From contig OY969116.1 of assembly GCA_963698075.1 (NCBI GenBank), positions 400,097 through 464,096 of the forward strand: a DNA stretch of 64,000 bases, in the 5' to 3' direction. The notes under the pieces were generated by a model. The model was not told where the DNA came from, did not search any database, and saw only the letters and a list, made by a program, of their open reading frames with translations. Shown one piece after another: positions 48,484 to 58,647 of the stretch; within the stretch, counting starts at the first letter, position 1, and each line of letters opens with the position of its first letter. The position numbers and the translations under genes were made by a program. Source of the DNA: an uncultured Candidatus Berkelbacteria bacterium (GTDB lineage Bacteria; Patescibacteriota; UBA1384; UBA12157; JAENIV01).

Positions 48484-48999
48484 CTATTTTATTCCTTCTT
48501 CCACATATTTATGGAAATGTGCCATAGCAACCGCCAGAGCATCGGCCGCATCATCGAAACCATCTTTTCTCCCCCGCCCGATATTTCTGGCTGGTTTTAA
48601 AGCTTTATCGACCTCTATCAAAACTTCTTTTTTCTCTGAGCGTCCGTATCCCGTCACTGCCATTTTCACCTGTAGGGGGGTATATTCAAAAGTCTGCAAC
48701 GCCAAACCCTTTTTCGCACAAGCAAGCAATATCACCCCCCGCGCTTCGGCAATTTTCATTGCTGTTTTTTGGTTATGGAAAACAAAAAGCAATTCAATGG
48801 CCATTTGATTTGGCTTGAATTTCTCTATCAAGTTCATTATATCATTAAAAACTCGATTCAAGCGTTCAGAGTCGGCTTTTAATTTATCAGTTTCGATACA
48901 GCCGTGAGCAATCCATTTAAGCGATCCGTCTTTTTCGGAAACATCAATCACGCCCCAACCGCAACGGGCGGTACCGGGGTCAATGCCCAAAATTCTCAT
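48484..48999 (-). CDS. ruvC: crossover junction endodeoxyribonuclease RuvC
   Basis: MRILGIDPGTARCGWGVI... and catalytic acidic residues; start taken at MRILG. Confidence 0.85.
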   Translation of the reverse strand: MRILGIDPGTARCGWGVIDVSEKDGSLKWIAHGCIETDKLKADSERLNRVFNDIMNLIEKFKPNQMAIELLFVFHNQKTAMKIAEARGVILLACAKKGLALQTFEYTPLQVKMAVTGYGRSEKKEVLIEVDKALKPARNIGRGRKDGFDDAADALAVAMAHFHKYVEEGIK

Positions 49000-49042
49000 C
49001 TCTTGCTCCCTGAGAATTTTCGCATGCAAATTCGCAAATCTT

Positions 49043-49777
49043 TCATAATAACTCCTTTGGGAGGTCAAAGTTTGAACAAACTGCCGTCACTTCATCTAAA
49101 TTTTCTAAATTTTCCATTAATTTTAAAATCTTGGCAGCTTCATTTTTATCGACAATAGATACCATGTTTTTTGGCTCCCAAGTTAAAGAGGAATCTTTTA
49201 TTTCAAACCCTTGAGTTTCAAGGGTTTCTTTTACCATTTCTAACTCATTAGCTTTAGTATAAACAGCTAACATCTCATTCTGTTCTTCAAAATCTTGGGC
49301 ACCAGCATCTATCACCTTCAGTTCCAGTTCCTCTTGGTTTTGACCAGCTAAACTAATCAAGAATCTGCCCATTTTTTCAAATTGATAACTAATTGCCCCC
49401 GAGCCTGTTAACTTTCCGCTAAAGTTCGCTAAAATATTTTTTATCTCGGAGTTCGTTCGATTGCGATTATCGGTGGCTACCTCGATCAAAATGCCAATGC
49501 CGCTTGGGCCAATAGCTTCGTAAAGAATTTCCTCAAGCTTTGCGCCTGCCAACTCACCGGTGCCGCGTTTAATCGCCCGATCAATATTTTCTTTAGGCAT
49601 ACTTGCCTCGCGGGCTTTCTCAATCGCCATTTTTAAAGCAAAATTCGCACTGGGATCACCGCCCGCTCTGGCGGCGACGATAATCGTATTGGTCAGTTTA
49701 GAAAAAATCGCTCCGCGCTTGATATCGGCCGCACCTTTCTGCCTTTTTATTTGACTCCATTTACTATGACCGGACAT
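49043..49777 (-). CDS. yebC: YebC/PmpR family transcriptional regulator
   Basis: MSGHSKWSQIKRQKGAADIKRGAIFSKL... canonical YebC N-terminus. Confidence 0.9.
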   Translation of the reverse strand: MSGHSKWSQIKRQKGAADIKRGAIFSKLTNTIIVAARAGGDPSANFALKMAIEKAREASMPKENIDRAIKRGTGELAGAKLEEILYEAIGPSGIGILIEVATDNRNRTNSEIKNILANFSGKLTGSGAISYQFEKMGRFLISLAGQNQEELELKVIDAGAQDFEEQNEMLAVYTKANELEMVKETLETQGFEIKDSSLTWEPKNMVSIVDKNEAAKILKLMENLENLDEVTAVCSNFDLPKELL

Positions 49778-49858
49778 AATTTCTTCTCCTATATTCTCTT
49801 GTAATCATACATCTTTAACTTATTTTCTTCAATTGCCAAGCAATGTTAGAATTAAGTT

Positions 49859-50731
49859 ATGAGAAAAATTTTCAAAATCTTCATCGGTATTATAATTATT
49901 TTGGGAATAATCTTCGGCGTGTTCTATTATTTGTTCCTTAGAAATAACTGCCAATTGCCTCGCACTTACAGTCTTGGCCAGGTTGACTCGCGTTTTAAAA
50001 TCTCATCCGAAGATGTTTTATCCGTCGCCCAAGACGCTACCGAAAGATGGAATTCTGAAACTGGCGAAAATTTATTCACCTATGACCCCTCTTCTAAACT
50101 TAAAATCAATCTTGTTTATGATTCCCGACAAGCAGATTTGGATAAAATTAATGCCGAAGCTAATAACCTATTAGCCCAAAAGCAGAATGTCGAGACTAAT
50201 AACCAACAATTTAAAACTTTCTTGGCCAATTATCAAGAAAAGCTAGCCAACTATAATCAGGAAGTGGCATCCTGGAACAGTCGTGGCGGAGCGCCGCCAG
50301 AAATTTTCAACCAACTTCAATCAGAAAAATCCATTCTCGATCAACAAAGAAACGAATTAATCCAAATGGCCCAAATTTTAAATCTCCAGGCTCAAAATTA
50401 TAACGAAAATTTAGACTCTTTAAAAAACGAACTTGACCAACGCAAAAATCTCATTGTTACCCAAGGAGAATATCTTACCGATACCGATACCATCAATATC
50501 TATACTTTCGGTGACAAAGAAGAGCTTCGACTGGTTTTAATGCACGAATTAGGTCATGCCTTGGGCCTTGGTCACGACCAGCAACCGACCTCGATAATGT
50601 ATCAATTGTTAGACCAACAAGATTTAAAAAATCCCGTTCTTTCGTCTGAAGATATCAATCTTCTAAAATCTCACTGCAATTTGGATTATTCTTTATCTGG
50701 CGCTCTTCGTCGCATAAGACTGGCCATCTGA
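49859..50731 (+). CDS. membrane-anchored metzincin (matrixin-like) zinc metallopeptidase with coiled-coil stalk
   Basis: N-terminal TM; Q/N-rich coiled-coil; HELGHALGLGHD (HExxHxxGxxH) followed by Met-turn SIMY. Confidence 0.7.
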   Translation: MRKIFKIFIGIIIILGIIFGVFYYLFLRNNCQLPRTYSLGQVDSRFKISSEDVLSVAQDATERWNSETGENLFTYDPSSKLKINLVYDSRQADLDKINAEANNLLAQKQNVETNNQQFKTFLANYQEKLANYNQEVASWNSRGGAPPEIFNQLQSEKSILDQQRNELIQMAQILNLQAQNYNENLDSLKNELDQRKNLIVTQGEYLTDTDTINIYTFGDKEELRLVLMHELGHALGLGHDQQPTSIMYQLLDQQDLKNPVLSSEDINLLKSHCNLDYSLSGALRRIRLAI

Positions 50732-51557
50732 ATCAATTTCAATTGTTCCATTTTGATCAGTGCGATAAATTCTAATCGCATATTTTTTTAATAAAGAGAT
50801 GGTATTCGTTGCCGGATGACCATATTTATTATTTTCTCCTACCGATATGACAGCGATCGCCGGTCGGACAATTTTTAAGAAATCTTCGCTTAATCCATTT
50901 TCGCTACCATGATGAGCCACCTTCAACGCCTCGACAAAAATATTTTTATCCAATAATTTTTGCTGGACCTCTTTTTCGGCATCGCCAGTAAAAAGTACGG
51001 AAAAGTTATTAAAATCTAAACGGTTGACGATTGAAGCATTATTAAGGTTATCAATTGTCCGATTTTTCAGCGACGATAGGGGATAGAGGATTTCGATTTT
51101 GACCTCACCAAATTTTTTTTCATCGCCAGCAACTACCAATTTATCAGCAATATTTTGTTTTTTGATTTCTGCTTTCCAAGAGTCATACGTTGAAGAGGAG
51201 TACTCTACTCCCGTCTCCCAAACCTCGTCAACTTTATAGCGTTTAATAACCTCCAATAAGCCGATTAAATGATCGGCGTGAGGATGAGGAAAGAATCACC
51301 AAATTGATTTCGTGGTCACCAAAATCCATCATTTTCCCAAGTTGATTTAAAACCGAAGCATCTGGCCCGCCATCAATTAAAATATCGCTGCCGTCCGGAT
51401 TTTTAATATATTCTGAATCTCCCTGTCCAACATCAAGAAAATAAACTTTTAAGTCACTGGCTGCTTGTGGACGGGCAAAAATCCCCACCCCAATGGCCAC
51501 GCCCAAAATAAGCAAAAAACCAACGAGAAATTGAAGATTTTTTCTAAGATAATTCAT
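50693..51557 (-). pseudogene. ComEC-type metallo-beta-lactamase domain protein, interrupted by a 1-nt frameshift near 51288..51295
   Basis: The two ORFs 51243..51557 and 50693..51256 join into ...FLDVGQGDS...DFGDHEINLVILSHPHADHLIGLLEVIKRYKVDEVWETG...LKVAHHGS... only if one nucleotide is skipped at tcc-t-cat. The HPHADH motif is in the +1 frame. Confidence 0.6.
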
Positions 51558-52977
51558 GGACTTTTTTCAAAATTGGTCTTAGCCGATAAATCATCAAGCC
51601 TACAATAAAATAGAAAATTATCATCCACCACCAGTCTGAAGTCTTCAATTGCCAGGATGCCCAAGGAATTTTAGAAAAGCTTTCAACAATTACTATTATA
51701 TACTTTAAAAATAGCCAGCCGATATAACCGATAATTTGACCCAGACTTATCCAAACAAGACCAGCTATTCCGATCAAAAAAATCATCCCCATTGCCGCCG
51801 GAATCAGCCATAAAATAAGAATATTCACGATCGGCGAAACGAAACTGACCCGCCCAAAATAGAAAATTAAAATTGGTAAAACCATTATTTGGGCGGCGGT
51901 AGTTTCGGAAAAAGTCGATTTTAAAATAATTGGCAAAGATCTGATAAATTTTAATCTGGCAATAATCGGGCCCAAATAAACTAATCCCATAAAAGCCAAA
52001 AATGATAATTGAAAACCAATGTCATATTTTAAAGCATAAGGGCCAAATATGAGCATTATTACTGCCACTAACAACAATAAAATTGTCATATTAATTCGCC
52101 GGCCTTCGTAATGTCCCAATAACACCAATCCCGCCAAAATGCCTGCCCGGACGACTGAGGCCGGTGCGCCGGTCATAATCACGAAGGTAACGATAATAAA
52201 AAGCGATCCCCAAAACTTTGACTTCCGCGAAAAAATTCCCAAAAACAGAGCGATATAGGTAATGACAATGGTCAAATTGTAGCCAGAGACAGCAACGATA
52301 TGGGTGGTGCCGGTGCGGTTAAAATCGCTCATCAAAGAATCCGGGATATTTCTTTTGGAGCCCAAAACCAGACCGGCGGCAAAAGAAGCATAAGGTTCAC
52401 TCAAAGATCGGTCGAGTGATTCTTCAAACTTATCTCTTATTTCATAAATCATTTTGATGGCCACGTTTCCATGGTAGCCGATTTTTTCGACCGGTTTTTC
52501 GGTTGAAATTTGTCCCAGGATGCCACGGTGAAATAAATAATCTGACGGTTTTTTGATCGCGCCATCGATTTTCAAAACATCACCATAATGATATTCAGGA
52601 TATCGGCCGGTGGTTAATTGAATTTTGGTATTTTTAAAACTCAAAACATAATTTGCCTGACTGCCCGAAAAATCCGGATGGCCGATGATTTGACCTTCGG
52701 TGGTGAGTTCTTTGCCATAAGGCATTTGGATTGCTTTCTCGCGAATATCCCAGAAATTGAAATATCCTAAACCGATAATCAGACCAAAAATTATAAGTAA
52801 TCCCAGCCGCCAATAATTTTCGCGCCATTGTAAAATAAGCGCCAACAATATCCCCGCGCCGATACCGAAAAGCCACCATAAATCCAGATGGATAATATCG
52901 CCCAGGAATATCCCCACCACGAAACTAGCTAAAGTAGCGATGACGAATCTTGATTTACCAATGGGTTGATTATTCAT
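51544..52977 (-). CDS. comEC: ComEC/Rec2 competence membrane channel domain protein (without a fused MBL domain)
   Basis: Polytopic membrane protein with a competence-domain pattern (GTTHIVAVSGYNLTIV...); 477 aa. Confidence 0.75.
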   Translation of the reverse strand: MNNQPIGKSRFVIATLASFVVGIFLGDIIHLDLWWLFGIGAGILLALILQWRENYWRLGLLIIFGLIIGLGYFNFWDIREKAIQMPYGKELTTEGQIIGHPDFSGSQANYVLSFKNTKIQLTTGRYPEYHYGDVLKIDGAIKKPSDYLFHRGILGQISTEKPVEKIGYHGNVAIKMIYEIRDKFEESLDRSLSEPYASFAAGLVLGSKRNIPDSLMSDFNRTGTTHIVAVSGYNLTIVITYIALFLGIFSRKSKFWGSLFIIVTFVIMTGAPASVVRAGILAGLVLLGHYEGRRINMTILLLLVAVIMLIFGPYALKYDIGFQLSFLAFMGLVYLGPIIARLKFIRSLPIILKSTFSETTAAQIMVLPILIFYFGRVSFVSPIVNILILWLIPAAMGMIFLIGIAGLVWISLGQIIGYIGWLFLKYIIVIVESFSKIPWASWQLKTSDWWWMIIFYFIVGLMIYRLRPILKKVHELS

Positions 52978-52999
52978 TATCTATATTGTATAATGAACG

Positions 53000-53464
53000 A
53001 TGACTGAGATGAAAAAACACGATCAAACAAAAGAATTGAAAGCCAAAATCAAAGAGCTTGAGGACGGTTGGAAGAGGACTCAAGCTGACTTTGAAAATTA
53101 TCGCAAGCGCTCCGAGGCCGAACGCGGAGAAATTTTGAATTTGATGAAAGCGGATTTTATCGCCAAAATCACGCCCGTTTTGGATAATTTTCGCCGGGCT
53201 TTTCTTCACGCTCCAGACGACGATTTTGCCCGCGGCGTCAAACAAATCGAAAAACAATTGGAGGATATTTTAGTTGCCGAAGGCCTCCAAAAAATCCCGG
53301 CCAAAACTGGCGATAAATTCGACTGCAATCTTCATGAAGCGATTTCTTGCGAGCCTAATAAAAAAATTCCGGCTGATCATATATTATCCGAGGTAGAATC
53401 TGGCTGGACTTTTCAAGGTCAAGTGATTAAGCCCGCTAAGGTACGAGTAAGCAAAGACAGATAA
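53000..53464 (+). CDS. grpE: nucleotide exchange factor GrpE
   Basis: Coiled-coil N-terminus, RTQADFENYRKR motif; 154 aa. Confidence 0.85.
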   Translation: MTEMKKHDQTKELKAKIKELEDGWKRTQADFENYRKRSEAERGEILNLMKADFIAKITPVLDNFRRAFLHAPDDDFARGVKQIEKQLEDILVAEGLQKIPAKTGDKFDCNLHEAISCEPNKKIPADHILSEVESGWTFQGQVIKPAKVRVSKDR

Positions 53465-53469
53465 TCTAA

Positions 53470-53492
53470 CGGCTCACCCCTTGAGCCGTTAA
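53470..53492. repeat. 23-nt palindromic element AACGGCTCA-N5-TGAGCCGTT. A second near-identical copy lies at 4258..4280 inside the secA reading frame.
   Basis: aacggctcaccccttgagccgtt here. The secA copy (aacggctcagggggtgagccgtt) is its reverse complement with a single substitution and encodes GSPPEPLT in the SecA C-terminal linker. Confidence 0.6.
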
Positions 53493-53498
53493 AAGCAG

Positions 53499-54806
53499 TT
53501 ATTGAACCGGCTTAAATTCGAGATTCCAGGTCCCGCCGCCGTAATCAGTAACACCAAAGGCACCGCCGCCGGTGCCGGAACTTAATTGAATCGAACCTGA
53601 CCAGCTGCCGTTGCCGCCGTGGGTAACGCCGCCGATATTACAGGATCCATTAATATTCCCGTGGATACTCCCGCCATCACCACCCGCGAATGTGCCACTA
53701 ATATCACCCCGGCAACTACCGACTTCAACCCCTTTTTGGGCATAGCAAGGACCAATAAAATCGCCGCTAACCGCTCCGCCGCCAGAGGAAAAATTTAGAT
53801 TAATCGTGCCGTGGCAATCGCCTTCGCTCCAAATGCCGGTGCCGCGAATTTCTTTGGATTCGCTAGTCGGCGAGGAACTCGGTTGGCTCTCGGCCGCGTC
53901 TGAATCTTCGGTCGGTTTTTCTTTCTTTATCTCCTCAGCCGTCTGCTTCGGATTAATTGGCGCCTTTTGATTTTCATCATAAAAAGTGAAATATTTCTTT
54001 GTCGCCTCCGCCGCCTCAACAATATCGCCAGCATCGCCAGCGACTTGTTTGACTGCCTCTTTGCCGGCTTCAACCGCGTAATTCGGAAAGTCGGTGGTTC
54101 TAAATTTAACGGCATTATCTACGATTGTATCGTCCAAAGTGTCATTTCCGATTTCATCCCAGGGATCGCGGTTCGGCCGCTCAACAATCTGTTTCGTCCG
54201 CCCCCAAAAAGTATTCTCCTCTAACCATCTTTTAAATTTCTCCCATGGCCCCGGCTGTTCGGTGCCGATATTAACGCGTTCGTAAGCCAGGACTCGAGGA
54301 AAAATCCCAACATGATCGGAGGCATTTAAATTGCGCATCGATGTTGCGACGGCAATTAATTGATCATCTTTAAAAATCGTCGCTAATTCGTTGTCAAAAT
54401 TTAAAGTCCGCTGGCCGTTTTGTTCACTTACTTCTGCTTGGCCAAAGCGAGCAATAAAAAAGCCCTCATTTTCGTCGCCAGTAAATTCATATGGTTTAAT
54501 GTCGACAAATTTCGCGCTCGAAGGACTAACAATTTTTTCTTTGGCTGTCAGAATCCCATTGGCAAAAGTAAATTTATAACCGTAAGATTCGTAATACCAA
54601 ATTTCCAATTTCTGTTCTGATTCGTCATTAGAATACATTGCCACGAAATGATCTGGCCAATCGAGATTGCCAATGATTACTTTTTGATGGCTAGAAAGCC
54701 GGCTGGCATTTTCCGCAGCAATTAATTTGCCATAGACCAACAGACCGATGACAACAATAATGAGGACTCCAAGAATAATTAATAGAATCTTTAAGCCTTT
54801 TTTCAT
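53499..54806 (-). CDS. membrane-anchored hypothetical protein with a Gly-rich C-terminal region
   Basis: N-terminal TM; C-terminal repeats of GG/GT/GS (…GGDGGSIHGNINGSCNIGGVTHGGNGSW…). Confidence 0.45.
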   Translation of the reverse strand: MKKGLKILLIILGVLIIVVIGLLVYGKLIAAENASRLSSHQKVIIGNLDWPDHFVAMYSNDESEQKLEIWYYESYGYKFTFANGILTAKEKIVSPSSAKFVDIKPYEFTGDENEGFFIARFGQAEVSEQNGQRTLNFDNELATIFKDDQLIAVATSMRNLNASDHVGIFPRVLAYERVNIGTEQPGPWEKFKRWLEENTFWGRTKQIVERPNRDPWDEIGNDTLDDTIVDNAVKFRTTDFPNYAVEAGKEAVKQVAGDAGDIVEAAEATKKYFTFYDENQKAPINPKQTAEEIKKEKPTEDSDAAESQPSSSPTSESKEIRGTGIWSEGDCHGTINLNFSSGGGAVSGDFIGPCYAQKGVEVGSCRGDISGTFAGGDGGSIHGNINGSCNIGGVTHGGNGSWSGSIQLSSGTGGGAFGVTDYGGGTWNLEFKPVQ

Positions 54807-54815
54807 GCTCTCTCC

Positions 54816-55340
54816 TTATTGGGCCGTATTACTAAAATCACTAATTAGCCATTGATTGCCAACTTTTATCAAACTAAAAGCCCAGCCTAAACCCATCTCG
54901 CCCCAGTTGGCATTAACGGTAACGGAAGCGCTAGAACCGTTAATATTTTCACCCGTTATTTCGACTGAAGTCGGACCGTCCTGGTAGCCGTAGAACTGAG
55001 CAGCAAAAGTGTTATCATCGCTAAATTGGGATTGTAAATTGGCAACTAATAAAGTCCTAGCGGCATCAAAATTAAGATTGGCTGAAGGCAGAGTGCCGAT
55101 GCTGTAATTCATAAAGTTCTCGACCGCTTTCTTCGGAGCCATTTGGGCTTCTTCGGTCGCCGTCGGCGTCGGTGTTGAAGTCGCAGTTTTAGTCACCGTC
55201 GGCGAGGAAGTCGCCGTTACCTCGCTATTGATTTTACTTTTACCATAAAAATAGGCGGCTAAAATAATCGCCGCAATTACAATTACTGCTACAACCGCGA
55301 TAATGACAATTAGAGTAGTGTTGTTTTTTGGTTGTTCCAT
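54816..55340 (-). CDS. membrane-anchored hypothetical protein with Thr/Pro-rich linker
   Basis: N-terminal TM; TATSSPTVTKTATSTPTPTATEE linker; about 100-aa C-terminal domain. Confidence 0.4.
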   Translation of the reverse strand: MEQPKNNTTLIVIIAVVAVIVIAAIILAAYFYGKSKINSEVTATSSPTVTKTATSTPTPTATEEAQMAPKKAVENFMNYSIGTLPSANLNFDAARTLLVANLQSQFSDDNTFAAQFYGYQDGPTSVEITGENINGSSASVTVNANWGEMGLGWAFSLIKVGNQWLISDFSNTAQ

Positions 55341-55372
55341 TTTTCCCTCCTTTGAGTGCTTTCTTTATTTAA

Positions 55373-55651
55373 TTATACCATAAAAGACCTAAAGATCTCA
55401 ACCATCTTTTCGCCATAGGGCGAAAGCGTGTGTTTGACAAATAAACCTTGGTATTTTTTTCTAACCAGGCCGGCATTAACCAGTTTCCTGGTGTGTTCAG
55501 AAATCGTTCTCAAATTTCCATCTAATTTCCGAGCGATCTCTTCCAAGCTGATTCCTGGATTCTTCTTTATCAAAAAAATAATTTCCACCCGCCAATGATT
55601 GGCCACGCCTTTAAAAATTCTCTCCAAATGCCTGCTCTTTTTCTTATCCAT
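55373..55651 (-). CDS. ArsR/SmtB-family winged-helix transcriptional regulator
   Basis: HTH LEEIARKLDGNLRTISEHTRKLVNAGLV; 92 aa; divergent from dnaK. Confidence 0.7.
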   Translation of the reverse strand: MDKKKSRHLERIFKGVANHWRVEIIFLIKKNPGISLEEIARKLDGNLRTISEHTRKLVNAGLVRKKYQGLFVKHTLSPYGEKMVEIFRSFMV

Positions 55652-55685
55652 ATTTTTATAATATATCTTTGTACAGACTATTCCA

Positions 55686-55701
55686 ATATTCTGCAGAATA
55701 T
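55686..55701. promoter_or_regulatory. perfect 16-bp palindrome ATATTCTGCAGAATAT in the arsR-like/dnaK divergent region; candidate operator
   Basis: Self-complementary; about 35 nt upstream of the ArsR-like start. Confidence 0.45.
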
Positions 55702-55814
55702 GTAAATAGTTTGTAAGAGGATTTAATTATTCTTTCAAGCAGTATAAATGATTACTAGTTGGCATATAGCCAAATTCCCCGCAATGTGGGGCGTTAAAGA
55801 AAAAAACGAGGGAC

Positions 55815-55843
55815 TTGACAAGCAAATTTATGTCAAGTATACT
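55815..55843 (+). promoter_or_regulatory. consensus sigma70-type promoter TTGACA-N17-TATACT upstream of dnaK, with an overlapping inverted repeat CTTGACA-N10-TGTCAAG
   Basis: cttgacaagcaaatttatgtcaagtatact; no CIRCE element seen. Confidence 0.55.
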
Positions 55844-55881
55844 TTACATTAGAAACCAATTTAATCTTATGGAGGTTCTAT

Positions 55882-57765
55882 ATGTCTAAAATTATTGGCA
55901 TTGACTTAGGCACGACCAATAGCGTGGTTGCCGTGATTGAAGGAGGCAAACCAAAAGTTATTCCCATGGCTGAAGGTTCTAATCTCTGCCCATCTATCGT
56001 CGCCCAATCTAAAAACGGCGAAAGATTAGTCGGACAATTGGCCAAACGGCAGGCGATTACCAACCCGGAAAACACGATTTTTTCGGTCAAGCGTTTAATC
56101 GGTCGTCGTTGGGAGGAAGAAGAAATTCAACGAGATCTCAAATTATTGCCCTATAAAATGGTTAAGTCCGGCGACGGCGTCAAAATCGTTATGGCCGGCA
56201 AAGAATATAGTCCCCAAGAAATTTCTGCTTTTATTTTACAAAAACTCAAAACCGATGCCGAGGCCTACTTAGGCGAAAAAGTGACTGATGCTGTTATCAC
56301 TGTTCCGGCCTATTTTAACGATTCCCAGCGCCAAGCCACCAAGGACGCCGGTGAAATTGCCGGCTTGACCGTTAAAAGAATTATCAATGAGCCAACGGCC
56401 TCATCACTCGCCTACGGACTTGACAAGAAAAAAGAAGGTCATGTCGCGGTCTACGATTTTGGCGGCGGCACTTTTGACATCACCATTTTAGATATCGGCG
56501 ACGGCGTTTTTGAAGTCAAAGCCACTGGTGGCGATACCCATTTGGGCGGCGATGATTTAGACCAGAAAGTAATGGACTACATTGCCGATGAATTCAAAAA
56601 ATCTGAGGGTATTGATGTTAAAAAAGATCCCATGGCTCTTCAGCGCGTCAAAGAAGCGGCTGAAAAGGCCAAAATTGAGCTTTCAAGCCAGCAAGAAACC
56701 GAAATCAATTTGCCATTCATCACGGCCGATTCTGCTGGACCTAAACACTTGGTGATGAAGCTCTCGCGTGCCAAGTTAGAACAACTCACCGGCGATTTGA
56801 TTGAGGAAACAATCGGCCATTGCGAAAAAGTGATTAAAGAATCAAGCGTTGAAGTCAAAGATATTTCCGAAGTCATTTTGGTCGGTGGCATGACACGGAT
56901 GCCGCTGATTCAAGAAACTGTCAAAAAAATTTTCAAAAAAGAACCTCATAAAGGTGTTAATCCTGACGAAGTCGTCGCTTTAGGTGCGGCCATTCAAGCC
57001 GGAGTTTTGGGCGGGGAAGTCAAAGACTTATTACTGCTCGATATCACGCCTTTGACCTTAGGCATTGAAACCTTGGGTCAAGTAATGACGCCTTTAATCG
57101 AAAAAAATACCACTATCCCGACTTCAAAAACCCAAATCTTTTCAACCGCCGCTGATAACCAGACTTCGGTGGAAATCCATGTTTTACAAGGTGAACGTTC
57201 CATGGCCACCGATAACCGCACTTTGGGACGATTTATGCTTGATGGGATTCCGCCAGCTCCTCGCGGTCTGCCGCAGATTGAAGTCACTTATGATCTTGAC
57301 GCTAATGGGATTTTAAATGTTAAAGCCAAAGATAAAGCCACCAACAAAGAACAAAAAATCACGATTACTTCTTCTTCAGGATTGTCTAAAGAAGAAATTG
57401 AAAAAATGAAAACTGAAGCCGCCGCGCATGAGGAGGAAGATAAGAAAAAGAAAGAGTTAATCGATGCTAAGAACTTGGCTGAAAATCTGATTTATACTTC
57501 CGAAAAAGCTCTCAAAGATGCTGGCGCAAAAGTTCCGGAAAACGATAAAAAAGAAATTGAGACGAAAATTTCCGAGTTAAAAGAAGCCACCAAGGGCGAC
57601 GAGCTTGAAAAAATAAAGACTGCCACTGAAGCTTTAAGCCAGACGATCCAAAAAATCGGCCAGGCGATGTATGGTCAGCCGAAGGCTGACAGTGACCAGA
57701 GGTCAGTGGATAGTGAGAAGAAAAAAGAAGAAAAAGACGAGAAAACTGACGAAAAAAAAGATTAA
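55882..57765 (+). CDS. dnaK: molecular chaperone DnaK (Hsp70)
   Basis: [18 protein letters not shown], Hsp70 signatures; 627 aa. Confidence 0.95.
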   Translation: MSKIIGIDLGTTNSVVAVIEGGKPKVIPMAEGSNLCPSIVAQSKNGERLVGQLAKRQAITNPENTIFSVKRLIGRRWEEEEIQRDLKLLPYKMVKSGDGVKIVMAGKEYSPQEISAFILQKLKTDAEAYLGEKVTDAVITVPAYFNDSQRQATKDAGEIAGLTVKRIINEPTASSLAYGLDKKKEGHVAVYDFGGGTFDITILDIGDGVFEVKATGGDTHLGGDDLDQKVMDYIADEFKKSEGIDVKKDPMALQRVKEAAEKAKIELSSQQETEINLPFITADSAGPKHLVMKLSRAKLEQLTGDLIEETIGHCEKVIKESSVEVKDISEVILVGGMTRMPLIQETVKKIFKKEPHKGVNPDEVVALGAAIQAGVLGGEVKDLLLLDITPLTLGIETLGQVMTPLIEKNTTIPTSKTQIFSTAADNQTSVEIHVLQGERSMATDNRTLGRFMLDGIPPAPRGLPQIEVTYDLDANGILNVKAKDKATNKEQKITITSSSGLSKEEIEKMKTEAAAHEEEDKKKKELIDAKNLAENLIYTSEKALKDAGAKVPENDKKEIETKISELKEATKGDELEKIKTATEALSQTIQKIGQAMYGQPKADSDQRSVDSEKKKEEKDEKTDEKKD

Positions 57766-57837
57766 TCGCTCGCCAGTATCCGTCAAAAGATACCGCACCT
57801 AAATTTTCTCCAGCGCGAAAATTGGTGCTGCGCTCTC

Positions 57838-57879
57838 GGCCAAAAATCCCGCCGATGGCGGGAACCTTGCTTTTTGGCC
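57838..57879 (+). terminator. nested hairpin (GGCCAAAAA...CCCGCC-GATG-GCGGG...TTTTTGGCC) after dnaK; probable terminator/attenuator
   Basis: ggccaaaaatcccgccgatggcgggaaccttgctttttggcc. Confidence 0.45.
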
Positions 57880-57959
57880 TGCGAGAGCTACTTTTGAGGA
57901 TACATGGCTTCGCTCATTAATTAGTACATTCGTAATAATTAGTAATTAGTTAGATACTC

Positions 57960-58589
57960 ATGAAAGATTATTATAATATTCTCGGTGTTTCCAAGAACGC
58001 CTCCCAGGATGAAATTAAGCGTGCTTACCGGAAACTCGCTCATGAATATCATCCGGATAAAAACCAAGCTCACGCTGATGGGACTCGATTTAAGGAAATC
58101 AACGAGGCCTATCAGGTTTTATCCAATTCCTCGAAACGGTCGCAATATGATCAGTTTGGCACGGTCGGAGGATCGGGATTTGAAGGTTTTAACTGGGGCG
58201 ATGCCTCGGGCTTCGATTTCCGCGATTTTGGCGGCTTTGGCCAGCAAAACCGTGGTTTTAGTTTCAATTTTGGCGGGGGCTTAGGTGATATTTTCGATGA
58301 TTTTTTCGGCGGCGTTTTTAGCCAGGTCCAAACTGAAGTTGAAATCAATCTAACTTCCGCTTTATTAGGCGAAAAAATAAACTTAAGGACATCTCAAGGC
58401 GAGAATATCACGATGGATATTCCGCTTGGCACCCAAGATGGCACAACTTTTCGTTTCCCCGGCAAAGGGATACTTGACCGCCGTGGTCGTCGAGGCGATT
58501 TATTGGTTACGGTCAGGATCAAATTGCCAAAAAGATTGACTCGAGAACAAAAAGAACTCTTGGAAGAACTCAAAAGGATGGGGCTGTAG
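57960..58589 (+). CDS. J-domain co-chaperone (short DnaJ-like: J domain plus G/F region, no Zn-finger)
   Basis: DYYNILGV...HPDKN with HPD motif; Gly/Phe-rich segment; 209 aa. Confidence 0.8.
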   Translation: MKDYYNILGVSKNASQDEIKRAYRKLAHEYHPDKNQAHADGTRFKEINEAYQVLSNSSKRSQYDQFGTVGGSGFEGFNWGDASGFDFRDFGGFGQQNRGFSFNFGGGLGDIFDDFFGGVFSQVQTEVEINLTSALLGEKINLRTSQGENITMDIPLGTQDGTTFRFPGKGILDRRGRRGDLLVTVRIKLPKRLTREQKELLEELKRMGL

Positions 58590-58647
58590 TTGACAGGCGA
58601 TATCTACTATTAGATAATAGAAATAAGGAATTATTTTAGAGGAGGGG

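Noticed and set aside
55778-55794. Short GC hairpin ccccgcaatgtgggg upstream of dnaK
   Set aside because: Five-bp stem with no adjacent T-run on either strand; no evidence for function.
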